This document shows, piece by piece, positions 1 through 8,737 of a DNA stretch of 64,000 nt (the stretch's first letter is position 1; each line of letters opens with the position of its first letter). Under the pieces are notes generated by a model, which did not search any database, was not told where the DNA came from, and was given only the letters and a program-made list of their open reading frames with translations. The translations under genes were made by a program, and so were the position numbers. The stretch comes from Lewinellaceae bacterium (lineage in GTDB: Bacteria; Bacteroidota; Bacteroidia; Chitinophagales; Saprospiraceae): positions 96,192 to 160,191 of the forward strand of contig JBBIKW010000009.1 of assembly GCA_037445225.1 (NCBI GenBank). Direction: 5' to 3'.

Positions 1-777
1 CCCTGGCTCAGCCGAGTGCTCTACGGCGACGAGAGCACGCCCTTGCTCGACCCCGCCAACGAGATACTCCCATTAGAGTGGCAAGGGCAGCCAATACGCT
101 GCCAAACGATAACTTTCTACGAGCCGCCTTCGCTGCCCGACCCGCAGCCCCCGCTTCAAGAGCGCTCCTATTATTTTAAACGCCCTTCGGGTAGGTCAGC
201 CGTACCTGTGTCCGACTTGTGGATAGACCCTTCGGCAACGGCACCGCCTGCCTCCGCTATACACTGGTCTGCACCCTCGCCGATTGCTCCTCCTCTCGAA
301 ATAAAGAGCGAGCACCGCGCTGCCGTAGCGCGCGCCTTGCAGGCCTTTGTCGTGGCCGCCCACCCTACCCTCTCCGCCCAACAGCGCGAGCACTTAGCCC
401 ATCGCATCCTGTGCGCTGAAGAAGCCCTCGAATACCTCTCACCGGCCGCCCTCGTGCGCCATGCCGAAGCCTTTCACCGTTGGATGGATGTCCCTTCTAC
501 CTCGACGCTCACCGCTGCCTTCCCCGTCGAGGGGCAAATCGGTCAGCGCCGCATCCGATTAGAGATAGACGTCTTCTGGGAAAAAGACAACCAACTGTAT
601 GCCTGCTTCTTCGCCGATGCCGTGGAAACTTCTGCTAAAAATAAAAGTGCAGAGCCGCCAAAAGCCGTCACCCACAAAGCAAGCTGGGCGCGCTACCTAC
701 TCCAACAGCACTCCACCAAAAGCGCTCTCTGTTGGGCCGTCTTCCCCATCGAGGGCATAGCGATGCAAGCCGAATGA
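1..777 (+). CDS. hypothetical protein, 5'-truncated at the window edge
   Basis: Frame 1 is open from nt 1, so track ORF 16..777 (internal GTG) is probably the C-terminal part of a longer gene. Stop at 775-777. No family recognised by eye. Confidence 0.5.
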   Translation, partial: PWLSRVLYGDESTPLLDPANEILPLEWQGQPIRCQTITFYEPPSLPDPQPPLQERSYYFKRPSGRSAVPVSDLWIDPSATAPPASAIHWSAPSPIAPPLEIKSEHRAAVARALQAFVVAAHPTLSAQQREHLAHRILCAEEALEYLSPAALVRHAEAFHRWMDVPSTSTLTAAFPVEGQIGQRRIRLEIDVFWEKDNQLYACFFADAVETSAKNKSAEPPKAVTHKASWARYLLQQHSTKSALCWAVFPIEGIAMQAE

Positions 778-789
778 GGGCTAGCTCAG

Positions 790-822
790 AAAACAAAAAA
801 GGTTTCTCTTTTCAGAGAAACC
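790..822 (-). terminator. rho-independent terminator oriented for a minus-strand transcript
   Basis: The minus strand reads GGTTTCTCT-GAAA-AGAGAAACC followed by TTTTTTGTTTT: a 9-bp perfect stem, a GNRA loop and a U-tract. On the plus strand no T-run follows the hairpin. Confidence 0.75.
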
Positions 823-867
823 CCAACCTATGACCTATTGTAGTGATTTTCAAGGGGAAAACGGCTA

Positions 868-930
868 CTAACGCGAGCCCGAAATGCGAACGGTTCCGTT
901 CTTGATTTGAATAGTAACTGGTTTACTCAT
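868..930 (-). CDS. candidate small ORF, 20 aa (MSKPVTIQIKNGTVRISGSR)
   Basis: ATG at 930-928 and a TAGTAG double stop beginning at 870. It lies about 45 nt upstream of the minus-strand terminator at 790-822 and is too short for the ORF track. There is no homology evidence. Confidence 0.25.
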   Translation of the reverse strand: MSKPVTIQIKNGTVRISGSR

Positions 931-1132
931 AGGCCTTAGACGATTTAGTGAAAGATTAAGTGGTGGTAAAACGGTCTGCAAAGTTGTTAGAGCGGTTGCG
1001 CTACTGAACCAGAAGCAAGGGAATTTTTTTTCGCAATTGCTCGAATTAGCATTTCTCTTCCAGAAAAAAGCGCCCTCACCTCTGCTTTCTCCATCGGCCT
1101 AATCGCTGTAGAAGACAACTTCAGAAAGCCCC

Positions 1133-1140
1133 TACCTTTG
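1133..1140 (+). promoter_or_regulatory. Bacteroidota -7 promoter box TACCTTTG (TAnnTTTG consensus)
   Basis: Exact octamer 45 nt upstream of the argS ATG. The same octamer recurs upstream of five other genes in the window. Confidence 0.45.
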
Positions 1141-1184
1141 CACCCTCACTGCGCCAGGAGACAAACCACAGAACAAAGCGCACC

Positions 1185-3029
1185 ATGGATTTCACTCACA
1201 CCCTACAAGTTGGCGTTGCCCAGGCAGTAGAACAGCTGTATGGAGCCGCTCTTTCTCCCGAACAAGTGCAGGTACAACCCACGCAACCGGAGTTCGAGGG
1301 CGACTACACGGCCGTGCTGTTTCCATTCGTTCGCCTCGTCCGAAAATCGCCCGAGGCCCTGGGAACCGATATCGGCGACTATTTGCTCCGAACATCGCGT
1401 TATGTAGAAAAATATCAGGTCGTCAAGGGATTTCTAAACGTCACCCTTCGAGATGCGTACTGGCGCGAGCTGCTCCAGGCGGTGTTGTCCGATCCCAACT
1501 ATGGGCGGCAGCCGCGCCGACAAGAGAAGGTGATGGTCGAGTACTCTTCGCCCAATACCAACAAGCCGCTACACTTAGGCCACATCCGCAATTGCCTACT
1601 GGGGTGGGCGTGCAGCCAGATCTTCGACGCAGTGGGCTACGACGTCATCAAGGTACAAGTGATCAATGACCGTGGAGTGGCCATTTGCAAGAGCATGGTC
1701 GGCTGGTTGAAGTTTGGTCAAGGGCGCACGCCGCAATCAGAAGGCATCAAAGGCGACCACTTCGTCGGAGACTATTACGTGCTTTTCGAAAAGAAAAGCC
1801 AAGAAGAATACCAAGCGTGGCAGCAAACGGAGCAGGCACAGGCCATCTACCGCGCGCGCCGAAAAGGCGACCAAAACGAGGCGGAGTTCTTCAAAGCCTT
1901 TAAGAACCAGTGGTTTAACGAGCACTCCCAATTGGGCACGGAGGTTCGGCAAATGCTGCTGCGCTGGGAGGCGGGCGATGAAGCGGTGCTGGCACTCTGG
2001 CGCCAAATGAACGACTGGGTATACGCGGGCTTTGCAGAGACGTATGCGCGTTTAGGCGTGCACTTTGACAAGAATTACTACGAGAGCGAAACCTATCTGT
2101 TGGGCAAAGACATCGTGGAGGAAGGCTTGCAGAAAGGGGTCTTCTTTAAAAAAGAGGACGGCTCCGTATGGATCGACCTGAGCGATGTGGGTTACGATCA
2201 AAAGGTGGTTCTTCGCGCCGACGGCACCTCCGTATACATTACCCAAGATATGGGTACGGCGCGCATGCGCTACAGCGATTACGGCTGCCAACGCATGATT
2301 TATGTCGTAGCGGATGAGCAAAACTACCACTTTGCTGTGCTCTTTGAGACGCTGCGCCGCTTAGGTGAGCCGTATGCCGACGGCTTATACCACCTCTCCT
2401 ACGGGCTGGTTGAGTTGCCCACTGGCCGGATGAAGACGCGTGAAGGCACCGTAGTGGATGCCGACGACCTCATCGCTGAAGTAGAGCGCTTGGCTCGCGA
2501 ACAAGCAGCCGAACGCGGTAGTCCTGTCGAAGGGCCTGAAGCGGAGGAGAACCTTAGGCGCATCGCTATGGGAGCGCTCAAGTTCTTTATGATACGCGTC
2601 CATCCCAAACGCCGCATGGTGTTCAACCCGGAAGAGTCCATCGACTTGCAGGGCCAAACAGGACCGTACATCCAGTACTCGTGGGTGCGCATTCGCGGCC
2701 TTCTGCAACGCGCCGAGCAAGATGGTGTCGACCTCGGTGCGGCCGCTCAATACACCGGAGTGCAGCCCCAAGAAAAGGAACTGCTTAAGGCTTTGGGCGA
2801 ATATCCCTCTGTAGTGCTCACGGCCGCACAAGGGTACGACCCCTCGCATGTGGCTAACTATTGCTACCAGCTGGCTAAGCATTATCACCGCTTTTGGCAC
2901 GACCTACCCATCCTCCATGCTACCGACCCCGCCACGCGCGCCTTCCGCCTCCAGCTCAGCCGCGCCGTCGCTCACGTACTCCAAACCGGCATGAACTTGC
3001 TGGGCATCGAAATGCCCCAACGCATGTAG
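1185..3029 (+). CDS. argS: arginine--tRNA ligase
   Basis: 614 aa. Class I HIGH motif in SSPNTNKPLHLGHIRN. A KMSKS-equivalent MKTREGT. Typical ArgRS length and a C-terminal anticodon-binding region ending in M. Confidence 0.93.
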   Translation: MDFTHTLQVGVAQAVEQLYGAALSPEQVQVQPTQPEFEGDYTAVLFPFVRLVRKSPEALGTDIGDYLLRTSRYVEKYQVVKGFLNVTLRDAYWRELLQAVLSDPNYGRQPRRQEKVMVEYSSPNTNKPLHLGHIRNCLLGWACSQIFDAVGYDVIKVQVINDRGVAICKSMVGWLKFGQGRTPQSEGIKGDHFVGDYYVLFEKKSQEEYQAWQQTEQAQAIYRARRKGDQNEAEFFKAFKNQWFNEHSQLGTEVRQMLLRWEAGDEAVLALWRQMNDWVYAGFAETYARLGVHFDKNYYESETYLLGKDIVEEGLQKGVFFKKEDGSVWIDLSDVGYDQKVVLRADGTSVYITQDMGTARMRYSDYGCQRMIYVVADEQNYHFAVLFETLRRLGEPYADGLYHLSYGLVELPTGRMKTREGTVVDADDLIAEVERLAREQAAERGSPVEGPEAEENLRRIAMGALKFFMIRVHPKRRMVFNPEESIDLQGQTGPYIQYSWVRIRGLLQRAEQDGVDLGAAAQYTGVQPQEKELLKALGEYPSVVLTAAQGYDPSHVANYCYQLAKHYHRFWHDLPILHATDPATRAFRLQLSRAVAHVLQTGMNLLGIEMPQRM

Positions 3030-3058
3030 CGCACTTTTTTCACCGCACAAACTTTCTG

Positions 3059-3066
3059 TACCTTTG
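3059..3066 (+). promoter_or_regulatory. -7 promoter box TACCTTTG
   Basis: Exact octamer 59 nt upstream of the ATG at 3125. Confidence 0.4.
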
Positions 3067-3124
3067 CACGCCCTTTTCGCAACAAGGCGCTCCTCAAATA
3101 GGGTCTTCAACTTTTTTGTAAAAA

Positions 3125-3841
3125 ATGGCTAAACGCAAGACAAACCCGACAGAAGACCTCCCCGTAGTGGAGGTAGAAGAAGTGAAAGGCAGCAACGGCT
3201 TGGCCGAGTGGTGGAACACTCTTAAAGAGCGACAAGACATCCTGCTCTACGTCCTTAGCGGCTTGGCCCTCCTCGTGTTAGGATGGTGGGGCTATAAGGT
3301 GCTCGTCGTCGAACCTCAACAGAAAGACGCGGTAGCCGCTATGTGGCAAGCCCAGCGCGCCTTCGAACGCGACTCCTTCCGCCTCGCGCTGGAAGATCCG
3401 GGCGGCGGATACGACGGCTTCTTAGGCATCATCGATAAATACGGCAGCACCAAAGCCGGAAACTTGGCCAAATACTATGCCGGCATCTGCTACCTCAACT
3501 TGGGCGATTTCGACAAGGCTATCCAATATCTGGAAGACTTTGACGCCGAAGGCGACCTGTTGCCCATTTTAAAGTACGGGGTGTTAGGCGACTGCTACTC
3601 GGAAAAGCAAAACTACGACAAGGCGCTCCAACTATACGAGAAGGCCTCCAATGTGGGCAATCATCCGCAGCTGGCAGCCTTCTACTTGAAAAAATTAGGG
3701 ATGCTTCACGAGTACCAGGGCAACAAATCGGCAGCGGTGGCCGCCTATGAGCGGCTGCGCCGCGACTTCGCCGACCAATCCCTGGCTGATTGGCGCGATA
3801 TCGAGAAGTACATCTACCGCGCGGGGGGCGGAAACCAGTAG
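3125..3841 (+). CDS. membrane-anchored tetratricopeptide-repeat protein (YfgM-like architecture)
   Basis: 238 aa. One N-terminal TM helix (ILLYVLSGLALLVLGWWGY) followed by TPR-like repeats (AKYYAGICYLNLGDFDKAIQYLE, GDCYSEKQNYDKALQLYEKA). Confidence 0.65.
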   Translation: MAKRKTNPTEDLPVVEVEEVKGSNGLAEWWNTLKERQDILLYVLSGLALLVLGWWGYKVLVVEPQQKDAVAAMWQAQRAFERDSFRLALEDPGGGYDGFLGIIDKYGSTKAGNLAKYYAGICYLNLGDFDKAIQYLEDFDAEGDLLPILKYGVLGDCYSEKQNYDKALQLYEKASNVGNHPQLAAFYLKKLGMLHEYQGNKSAAVAAYERLRRDFADQSLADWRDIEKYIYRAGGGNQ

Positions 3842-3908
3842 AGGAGACACCTGTAACTTCTCCGAGCGGCAATTAGAAGTCTTCTCAACCCTGTGTGCGG
3901 TCAAAGGT

Positions 3909-4832
3909 CTACGCAAACAGTTCCAAGCACTCGGCTACAGCGCCCTCCTTTAGGGAATAAGCGGAAGCGTATATTCGACTGAGCCGAGCGCGCCGAGCCA
4001 CGTGCCGAATCAGCAATAGCCCAACGACAATCGTTAGCCGGCGTTCGGGCGAAAGCCCCGGCCAAGTGGCGCGCTCGGCAAGCGTAGTGGGCACGAACTG
4101 TGCGCATAAGGCCTGGAAACCCTCCAGTGGAATGTCGGCATACAGCGGTCCATGAGTAGGGGTTAGCAACTCCCAAAGCGTGTTGAATGCGCCTGCCGCG
4201 CCAACGAGCATATGGACAGTGTGTCGCTCCAGCGCCTTCCACAGCGCTTCCAAAGCTTCGTCCAAAAAACGCTCTAAGGCAGCAACTTCCTGCGGAGCAA
4301 TAGGATCGCTGCGGTGAAAGCGATGATATAGCACAGTAGCGCCTACAGGAAAGCTGTGCTGCCAAAGCACTGTCGTCCCGTGTGCTACGATGAACTCCAC
4401 ACTGCCGCCACCGATATCCAAGATAAGTGCTCCTTGTGGCGACAGCGGGACAGCCTGACGCACGCCCTTGAAGATGAGCTCGGCTTCCCGATCGCCCGTA
4501 ATCACTTGAGGGCAGATGCCGGTCTCTGTTTGGACTGCCCGCAGAAACTCATCGGCATTTTGGGCGGTGCGCAGGGCCGCTGTACCTATAGCCCAGATGT
4601 CGGACGGCAAAAGGCCAAATGGGAGGGCCTGTTGCTGAAAACTTTGTAGTGCCTGCAAGCCGCGTTGGAAGGCAGCAGACCCGATGCGACCGATGCCTTC
4701 TTCGGCCAAGTTCACCACCTTACGGTCGCGGTGAAGCGCCGCCCACCCCTGAGGCTGCTGAGCGTCCGCTCGAGCTATGAGAAGATGGAAAATATTGGTG
4801 CCCAAATCAATAACGGCACATGTCCTGTCCAT
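3909..4832 (-). CDS. Ppx/GppA family phosphatase (exopolyphosphatase-like)
   Basis: 307 aa. ASKHA-fold phosphate-binding motifs AVIDLGTNIFHLLIA and ILDIGGGSVEF. ATG at 4832. Confidence 0.8.
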   Translation of the reverse strand: MDRTCAVIDLGTNIFHLLIARADAQQPQGWAALHRDRKVVNLAEEGIGRIGSAAFQRGLQALQSFQQQALPFGLLPSDIWAIGTAALRTAQNADEFLRAVQTETGICPQVITGDREAELIFKGVRQAVPLSPQGALILDIGGGSVEFIVAHGTTVLWQHSFPVGATVLYHRFHRSDPIAPQEVAALERFLDEALEALWKALERHTVHMLVGAAGAFNTLWELLTPTHGPLYADIPLEGFQALCAQFVPTTLAERATWPGLSPERRLTIVVGLLLIRHVARRARLSRIYASAYSLKEGAVAECLELFA

Positions 4833-4866
4833 ATGCAGTTTCCGGCGTGAAGATCCGACCCGATAC

Positions 4867-5514
4867 TTACCACCGATACATCAGCTGAAAAGCCAAGAAG
4901 CGCTCAATGAGCGAGTTGGCGAAGTTTGTACCGGGCTTAGCAAAGGGATCGTACAGGCGCATGAGGCCGTGATGGTAGCGGAAAGTAAAGGCTACGTGCT
5001 CCGACGCATAGAGGCTGACGCCCAATAGGCCGCACAGATTGTTCCTTCGAAGGTCGGGCAGCGCAGCAGTGATGCCGCCGCCCAGCTCCGCGTCGTTCGA
5101 ATAGCCCAACAGCCGCCCGTAAGCGGCTCCTACATTGAACATTACCGCTTGGCCCCCCTCTGAATGCCATAGGCGCCAGTGCCACTGAAGCGGTACTTCG
5201 ACGTAGTGCAGGGTTGTGCGAAAGAATACCGGATCATCGGCCTCACTTCGGCAACCGCGCTGCGTGTAGAGGAGCTCCACGCTCAACGCCTGTGCTGGCG
5301 AAAGCACGGCCTCTCCGCGAAGCCCTCCCTGCAGCCCTATCTTGTGATAGCCTGCAGAGGCATCTCCATCGATTTGGGAGGCCGTCACCCCGACCAACAC
5401 ACCGGCACGGAACCGCTGAGCCATGCCCTCTGATCCGAAAATACTGAGGAATAGCCCTGCCCAGAGGAGCGCATTCCATCCTGTTCGCGCCTGTGAAAAT
5501 ACCCTCTTCACCAT
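4867..5514 (-). CDS. outer-membrane beta-barrel protein (PorT/OmpA-like small barrel)
   Basis: 215 aa. Signal peptide, alternating-hydrophobic beta strands and a C-terminal aromatic residue (…LMYRW). Lies 34 nt upstream of the ppx-like gene on the same strand. Confidence 0.55.
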   Translation of the reverse strand: MVKRVFSQARTGWNALLWAGLFLSIFGSEGMAQRFRAGVLVGVTASQIDGDASAGYHKIGLQGGLRGEAVLSPAQALSVELLYTQRGCRSEADDPVFFRTTLHYVEVPLQWHWRLWHSEGGQAVMFNVGAAYGRLLGYSNDAELGGGITAALPDLRRNNLCGLLGVSLYASEHVAFTFRYHHGLMRLYDPFAKPGTNFANSLIERFLAFQLMYRW

Positions 5515-5566
5515 AAGTATTGTCTGTTTTGCTCATTACCTTCGCCGCAGCAAGATAGGCATCCTC

Positions 5567-5848
5567 ATGCGCTATACTCAGGCTACGCTAAAAAAACTCG
5601 AAGCGCTCTTCACTGAACTAGGTTATTCGATCCGCTACGAGAAAGGTCATTTTCAAAGCGGCTACTGTTTGGTAGAACAGCGCAAGATAGCCGTAGTCAA
5701 TCGGTTTCTGGACACCGAAGGGCGCATCCATTGCTTGATGGATATGCTGGCGACCATCCCTATCGATGCTGCCCAACTGTCCGAACCGGCTCAGCTATTC
5801 CTTCAAAAAATTCAAGGGCAACCCTCTTCGGAAGACAACACCATCTAA
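5567..5848 (+). CDS. hypothetical protein (93 aa)
   Basis: I trimmed track ORF 5423..5848 to the ATG at 5567, because the upstream part overlaps the divergent gene ending at 5514. It ends 12 nt before pepT. A near-consensus -7 box TACCTTCG lies at 5537-5544. Confidence 0.5.
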   Translation: MRYTQATLKKLEALFTELGYSIRYEKGHFQSGYCLVEQRKIAVVNRFLDTEGRIHCLMDMLATIPIDAAQLSEPAQLFLQKIQGQPSSEDNTI

Positions 5849-5859
5849 GATAACACCAC

Positions 5860-7104
5860 ATGGCTACCTTCGAACACACCGTCAAAGAGCGCTTTCTGCG
5901 CTACGTTCAGATAGATACGCAAAGCGACCCGACCAGCACCACCACTCCGAGCACTGAAAAACAAAAGGACTTGGGGCGCTTGCTCGTCGAAGAGCTCCAT
6001 GCCATGGGCCTAAGCGATGCTGAGATGGATGAGTACGGCTATGTGTATGCCACTATCCCTGCCAACACAGATAAAAGGGTGCCGGTCATCTGCTTTTGCT
6101 CGCACATGGATACCGCTCCCGACTGTTCGGGGGCTAACGTAAAGCCCACCGTACACGCCAACTATCGGGGACAAGACCTGGTCTTGCCCGACGACCCGAG
6201 CATCGTCATTCGAGAGTGTGAACACGAAGACCTCAAGCATCAACACGGCAACGACATCATCACTGCCAGCGGCACCACGCTGTTGGGTGCCGACAACAAA
6301 GCCGGCATTGCCGCTATCATGGATGCCGCTCACATCTTAATTAATCGCCCCGACATCAAGCACGGCAAAATCCGCATCCTCTTTACGCCCGATGAAGAGA
6401 TCGGACGCGGCGTCGACAAGGTCAACCTCAAAAAGTTAGGCGCCAAATACGCTTACACGGTAGATGGCGAAACCGCCGGCAGCATCGAAGACGAAACCTT
6501 TAGCGCGGATGGCGCCACCGTGGTCATCCACGGCGTGTCGGCACATCCCGGGTTCGCTAAAGGAAAGATGGAGCACGCCATGAAAATCGCCGGCAAAATT
6601 TTAGCTAAGCTGCCCGACCGGTTCAGCCCCGAACACACCGAAGGGCGGCAGGGATTTATCCATCCCACCGCTATCGAGGGCGGCTTAGAGAAGGTGACCA
6701 TGAAGTTTATCCTGCGCGACTTTACGGAGGCCGGCTTGCGCCGCCATGCGCGCACGCTGAAAAAAGTTGTCGACAGTGTCTTGCGACACTACCCTAACTC
6801 GCGCGCTGAGATTACCATTGTACAACAATATCGCAACATGGGCAAAGTGCTGCGCCGACACCCGCAAGTAGTAGAAAATGCCTTAGAAGCCCTGCGGCGA
6901 GCCGGTTTTTCGCAGCCCTTGCGCCGCGCCATCCGCGGCGGCACCGACGGCTCCCGACTCTCTTTCATGGGGCTACCCTGCCCCAACCTCTTTGCCGGAG
7001 AGCATGCCTTCCACTCCAAATACGAGTGGGTGTCCGTTCAAGACATGGAGAAAGCCGCTGAGACGCTCGTTCACCTTGCCCAAATCTGGGAAGAGCGCAG
7101 CTAA
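5860..7104 (+). CDS. pepT: peptidase T (tripeptide aminopeptidase, M20B)
   Basis: 414 aa. N-terminus ERFLRYVQIDTQSD. Metal-site segments CSHMDTAPD and GADNKAGIAAIM. C-terminal IRGGTDGS and AGEHAFHS, all typical of PepT. Confidence 0.9.
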   Translation: MATFEHTVKERFLRYVQIDTQSDPTSTTTPSTEKQKDLGRLLVEELHAMGLSDAEMDEYGYVYATIPANTDKRVPVICFCSHMDTAPDCSGANVKPTVHANYRGQDLVLPDDPSIVIRECEHEDLKHQHGNDIITASGTTLLGADNKAGIAAIMDAAHILINRPDIKHGKIRILFTPDEEIGRGVDKVNLKKLGAKYAYTVDGETAGSIEDETFSADGATVVIHGVSAHPGFAKGKMEHAMKIAGKILAKLPDRFSPEHTEGRQGFIHPTAIEGGLEKVTMKFILRDFTEAGLRRHARTLKKVVDSVLRHYPNSRAEITIVQQYRNMGKVLRRHPQVVENALEALRRAGFSQPLRRAIRGGTDGSRLSFMGLPCPNLFAGEHAFHSKYEWVSVQDMEKAAETLVHLAQIWEERS

Positions 7105-7402
7105 CCCTTTTGCTGGTCTCTCGCTTCTTTTTCGCACAGTATTAAATCCAATAGTCCGTTTCAGTTTGAGCAGCGATTTTGCCTAAAACACGGCCGGGTG
7201 ATTTTTTTCCTACTTTCGGCTCACACCTGAACAAGCGAATCAATTTTGGTAAAAGTTTAGGTGCTTGAGTGGACTATCTAAACCTACGGCTTCTACCTCT
7301 TTTTGCCCTAAAATCTCAACGGACCATTGAAATTATCGCCCTCGGGTTGTTTTCCCTCAAAGGAAGGCGTATCTTGAGGCGAAATATTAAAATCCTCTGA
7401 TC

Positions 7403-7768
7403 ATGGAAGAAAAGAACAAAATGGAAGAATTTTTCGACTCTGTGCGCGAGTTGGCCGAAGATGCAGCAGAAAAACTGCAAGAGGTTGGTGAAAAAGTAGG
7501 GGAAAAAGTCTCACCCCTCCTTGAAGCAGCAGAGGAAAAGCTGGAAGCCCTCAAAGATGTCGCAGAAGAACGCATCGAGGCGCTGAGCGAAAAGGCCGAA
7601 GCCATGGCTGCCGAGGCGCGCCGACAGGCCGAAGCAAAGGCCGCAGAGATACAGGCGGCAAAGGAAAAAATCGCAGAGCACGAGGGCGGTGCGCTGGGTT
7701 ACTTGACCGACAAAGCGAAGGAATTGCTGGGTAAAGAAGGCAAAGACTCTCCGCCACAAGACGCTTAG
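7403..7768 (+). CDS. small acidic helical protein with 11-residue periodicity (LEA-like composition)
   Basis: 121 aa, E/K/A-rich. EKLEALKDVAE / ERIEALSEKAE / AMAAEARRQAE / AKAAEIQAAKE align as hendecads. No signal peptide. Confidence 0.55.
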   Translation: MEEKNKMEEFFDSVRELAEDAAEKLQEVGEKVGEKVSPLLEAAEEKLEALKDVAEERIEALSEKAEAMAAEARRQAEAKAAEIQAAKEKIAEHEGGALGYLTDKAKELLGKEGKDSPPQDA

Positions 7769-7822
7769 GATACAGCCTCTCCGTCGCTGCTTCCGCTGAG
7801 TAAGCCAAGAGAGGCAGTTATC

Positions 7823-7830
7823 TATTTTTG
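7823..7830 (+). promoter_or_regulatory. -7 promoter box TATTTTTG
   Basis: Matches TAnnTTTG, 29 nt upstream of the udk ATG. Confidence 0.4.
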
Positions 7831-7858
7831 CCGCTCAAAAAAAGTCACCTTTGGCGGC

Positions 7859-8482
7859 ATGGCTATTCCTTTCACTATTGGTATCAGCGGCGGCAGCGGA
7901 AGTGGAAAGACCACCTTCGTCCAGCGCTTGCGCGAGCAATTCACCGCGGCGGAACTGTGCGTCCTTTCTCAGGACAACTACTACTGGCCGCGCGACCAAC
8001 AACACGTCGACGAGCGCGGCGAGCGGAATTTTGACCTCCCTGAGTCGTTTAACAAGAAAGCCTTTCGCCAAGACTTGGAGCGACTGCAGCGCGGAGAGCC
8101 CGTAGAACGCCTCGAGTACACTTATAACAACCCGCTGGCAACCCCACGCCTCATCTCGGTTCATCCCGCACCGATCATCGTAGTAGAAGGCCTATTCGTC
8201 CTGCATTACAAAAAGATTGCCGCCTTGCTCGACCTCAAAATATTCATCAACACCAAGGAAAACCTCAAAGTGATTCGGCGCATTTACCGCGACCAATTGG
8301 AGCGCAACTACCCCATCGAAGATGTCCTGTACAAGTACCAACACCACGTCATGCCGGCTTACGAGCGCTACATCTTGCCCTATCGCGAAGAAGCCGACTT
8401 AGTCATCAACAATAACTACCACTTCGATCGGGCGCTCAACGTGTTGGTGGGCTTTATAAGGCACCGTCTTTCTCAAAAATGA
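7859..8482 (+). CDS. udk: uridine kinase
   Basis: 207 aa. P-loop IGISGGSGSGKTT at the N-terminus, DNYYW, and a typical Udk length and order of motifs. Confidence 0.9.
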   Translation: MAIPFTIGISGGSGSGKTTFVQRLREQFTAAELCVLSQDNYYWPRDQQHVDERGERNFDLPESFNKKAFRQDLERLQRGEPVERLEYTYNNPLATPRLISVHPAPIIVVEGLFVLHYKKIAALLDLKIFINTKENLKVIRRIYRDQLERNYPIEDVLYKYQHHVMPAYERYILPYREEADLVINNNYHFDRALNVLVGFIRHRLSQK

Positions 8483-8517
8483 GAAAAATCGCATGTTCAC
8501 TTGTTGGAAAATACGCT

Positions 8518-8525
8518 TACCTTTG
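8518..8525 (+). promoter_or_regulatory. -7 promoter box TACCTTTG for tRNA-Leu
   Basis: Exact octamer ending 11 nt before the first tRNA nucleotide. Confidence 0.5.
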
Positions 8526-8536
8526 CGGGCACTTCG

Positions 8537-8620
8537 GGCCACGTGGCGGAATTGGTAGACGCGCTACTTTGAGGGGGTAGTGTCCGTAAGGACGTGCTGG
8601 TTCGACTCCAGTCGTGGTCA
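8537..8620 (+). tRNA. tRNA-Leu (anticodon GAG)
   Basis: Hand-folded. Acceptor GGCCACG/CGTGGTC (one G-U). D-arm GCGGAATTGGTAGACGC. Anticodon stem CTACT/GGTAG with loop TTGAGGG (anticodon GAG). Long variable arm GTCC-GTAA-GGAC (type II). T-arm GCTGG-TTCGACT-CCAGT. Discriminator A. CCA is not encoded. Confidence 0.9.
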
Positions 8621-8631
8621 CTAAAAAATGC

Positions 8632-8668
8632 GAGTCGCCTCGAGTATTCGGGGCGGCTCCTGTTTTTT
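8632..8668 (+). terminator. rho-independent terminator after tRNA-Leu
   Basis: Stem GAGTCGCC / GGCGGCTC (8 bp, one G-U) with a 12-nt loop, followed by CTGTTTTTT. Confidence 0.6.
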
Positions 8669-8707
8669 CGCATAAGGGGGGAAGCAGGGCGTATCTAAGA
8701 GAGGCAC

Positions 8708-8715
8708 TACTTTTG
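8708..8715 (+). promoter_or_regulatory. -7 promoter box TACTTTTG
   Basis: Matches TAnnTTTG, 23 nt upstream of the ATG at 8738. This argues against the TTG start at 8723 used by the track. Confidence 0.4.
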
Positions 8716-8737
8716 CAGGATATTGGCATTTTCGGTC

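Noticed and set aside
7151-7328. Three copies of an ATAGTCC-like motif (7151-7160 forward, 7270-7277 and 7318-7328 inverted) in the pepT-downstream intergenic region.
   Set aside because: The matches are only 7-10 nt with mismatches, and spacing is irregular. This could easily be chance in 300 nt of AT-richer DNA.
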